A stretch of 64,000 bases of DNA, from contig CDMY01000460.1 in assembly GCA_001179505.1 (NCBI GenBank), forward strand, positions 8,166-72,165, written 5' to 3'. The translations under genes were made by a program, and so were the position numbers. Each line of letters opens with the position of its first letter. The first letter of the stretch is position 1. Under the pieces are notes generated by a model. That model searched no databases and was not told the origin of the DNA. It saw only the letters and a program-made list of their open reading frames with translations. The stretch comes from Vitrella brassicaformis CCMP3155. Its lineage: Eukaryota; Protista; Chromerida. Positions 62,087 through 64,000 of this stretch are shown in pieces.

Positions 62087-62700
62087 TTACCGTTGACAGG
62101 GTCTCGTACCCCCGGGCAAGAGTACGCCGGCGCTCTCCAGCAGCTCCTGAAGGCACAGACACAACCAGAAAGACAGAGATCTTTCATGAATCCAACGCCA
62201 TGTAATACAGATCTTTTCATCTTGGCCCATCGGACATTTCTTTCTCCCCCTTCTCACCCTGATTGAGGGGAGATGACCGTGCTGCGCGCATCGTCCTCCC
62301 TGATGCGGCTGGCGGGGCGGTTGTGTGGACGAGAGAGAGGAGCGGCCGACAATGGCGAGCTCACTGGCTGCTATTGTCTCCTCCTCTGGCCACAGGATGG
62401 CCACCACACCGGCGACGAAGAGGGTGGCCATCTCGAAGCACATGAGCCCAAGCCCCGGTGCCGCCGTGACGGCCATGGCCCCACCGGCCGTCACTGCCGT
62501 TTTGGTGGCGAAGGCGGCGCCGACAGCGAAGATGGTCTCGACGAAGGGCATCTCAGTAGGCTGAGATGAGCAGGAGGCGAGAGAGGGGGACTGGGATACA
62601 TTGGGGGGCTGCCTGAGAAGGGGAAGAGGCTCCTTTCGCGATATAAAATGTAGCCAGCGATAGCCCCTGCACACAATCAGACAGAGACATAAGGCCAGAT
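62087..62700 (-). other. Outermost cassette copy followed by an Ala/Gly-rich hydrophobic open stretch
   Basis: Intron + AIAGYILYRE at 62640. The adjacent frame reads TIFAVGAAFATKTAVTAGGAMAVTAAPGLGLMCFEMATLFVAGVVAILWP. Confidence 0.4.
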
Positions 62701-62968
62701 CACCTGGAAGCGTTGTGTGTTTTGCGTACCTGCTTTTCTTCAACCCGCTCGACACACACATCGACCACCCCCCTTATTCAGCAGCATCACCACTAGCACC
62801 ACTAGCACATGCATGTGTGTATAGAGTTGGTTGCAGCTGTCGAAATCACACCGTACACATCAGAAATCACATTCCATCCATCATACTTATCCCCTCATGC
62901 TTATCTATTCCCCTCTCCCTCTCCCGGTTGGCCCGCTCTAGCTGCATGTGTCTGTGTGTGTGCGTAGT

Positions 62969-64000
62969 TCAGTAGCGGGCCTTCTTCTTGCACTGGGCGT
63001 AGAAGTCGCGCGCCGCCTGGGAGGCACACTGCGGGACGAGGGGTCCCAGCTGCTGCTTCTTAATGAACCCGTCCAGCTCCTCTCGGAGGCAGGCGTCGTC
63101 CTCGGCCTTGCGCCTCTCCCTGCGGCGCTCCGCCTTCTCCTGGCGGGCCTTCTCGGCGGCACGTTCGGCGGCGGCCTGCGCTCGGGCGGCCCTGAGCTCC
63201 TCCAGCTCCTTCCTCCCGCCCTTGTCGTATGCCTTCTCCTCTTCCTCGTCCAGGGCCTCGCCGTCGGAGTCCGTGGGGTAGATGATGAGTTCGTCTTCTT
63301 CGCTCTGAGCAGATAGGCACATACAGGCAGCAGACAGAAAAGGCATTTGTTTGTCCATCCATGCATCCATCCAGATCTGTCTGTGTCAGATCTGTCTGTG
63401 TCAGATCTATGTATCTATCCAGCACGCTCACCTCCGACTCGTTGGCCTTCCCACGTGTGGCCTTCGCCGCCGCCTACAGAGCCGACAAACACACACGTGG
63501 GCCCAGGCACGGAGAGATCTGCAGGCCGTATTGTCAGGGCCGACCTTCTTCTTGGCGTCAGGGTTCACGCCGCGCCGCGCCCGCCCTTCGCATCGCTGTC
63601 CAACCCGGGCATGATGCTGACAACAGCTCCTTGGTGATGAGTGCTGCCTTGCTCAGCTCTTCCAGCGCTTCAGCTGAGAAGAGACACACACCAAACACAC
63701 ACACACGCACACACGCTCTCCCCATTCCCTCATATGCTCTCTCACCTGACAACATGCCTCCTGACGACTGATACTTCTGCACGACCACGTCCCGACTGAG
63801 GGAACGCACAAATAAAGGCACACGTTGAATGGACAGCTGCAGCGCATTCATCAATCCATTCCCCCCCTCCTGCCTCCAATGTGCAACTCTTTGCATACCC
63901 TGTCGTGCGGCTATCTCCTCACTGCACTTGGCGATCATCTGAGGCTCGTTGAGGCAGCGCAGCCCGGCAATCTGGGCCTCCACGAGCCGGTCTTCGAGTT
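62969..64000 (-). CDS. 3' part of a multi-exon hypothetical gene (runs off the window end); source-like copy of the 6.5-7.3 kb fragment
   Basis: Exons EAQIAGLRCLNEPQMIAKCSEE, SAEALEELSKAALITKEL, NPDAKKKVG, AAAKATRGKANESE and SEEDELIIYPTDSD...CKKKARY* (stop at 62969). Confidence 0.6.

Noticed and set aside
48560-62700. Autonomous transposon or viral origin for the array
   Set aside because: I saw no transposase, reverse transcriptase, integrase, Rep/helicase or capsid motifs, and no terminal repeats, within the window.

Overview
GC-rich, intron-dense eukaryotic genomic DNA with microsatellite-filled introns. It is most consistent with a chromerid/alveolate such as Vitrella brassicaformis. This is an inference from the signal+transit-peptide TPI, a flagellar CFAP251 gene and the style of the lineage-specific families. 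Conserved genes: plastid-targeted triosephosphate isomerase, xylulose kinase, RPF1, CFAP251/WDR66, an ABHD17-like hydrolase, a small ubiquitin-like protein and a RECQL-type helicase. Between them sit accessory families. The most striking is a family of atypical protein kinases: N-lobe V(I/L)LK, an acidic insert, H(G/R)DxSxxNVL and I(D/E)(L/F)E, then a helical tail. One copy is at 19.7-23.1 kb and a shuffled tandem array runs from 48.6 to 62.7 kb. In the most distal unit the kinase tail is joined by a phase-1 intron to a PP2C/PTC7-type phosphatase domain, so the ancestral gene looks like a kinase-phosphatase fusion. A short intron + 'IAxYILY' cassette with a nearly invariant AT-rich core recurs 12 times at non-homologous module junctions. 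Almost every copy carries 1-2 nt frameshifts, whereas I saw none in the neighbouring housekeeping genes. Other accessory features: a myristoylation-motif gene duplicated with different C-termini, a convergent BTB/Ubl paralog pair, an SH3-like+F-box-like gene, and a 0.9-kb inverted duplicate 56 kb apart. Four 300-N gaps limit certainty about copy number. Exon boundaries were read by eye and no database searches were run.
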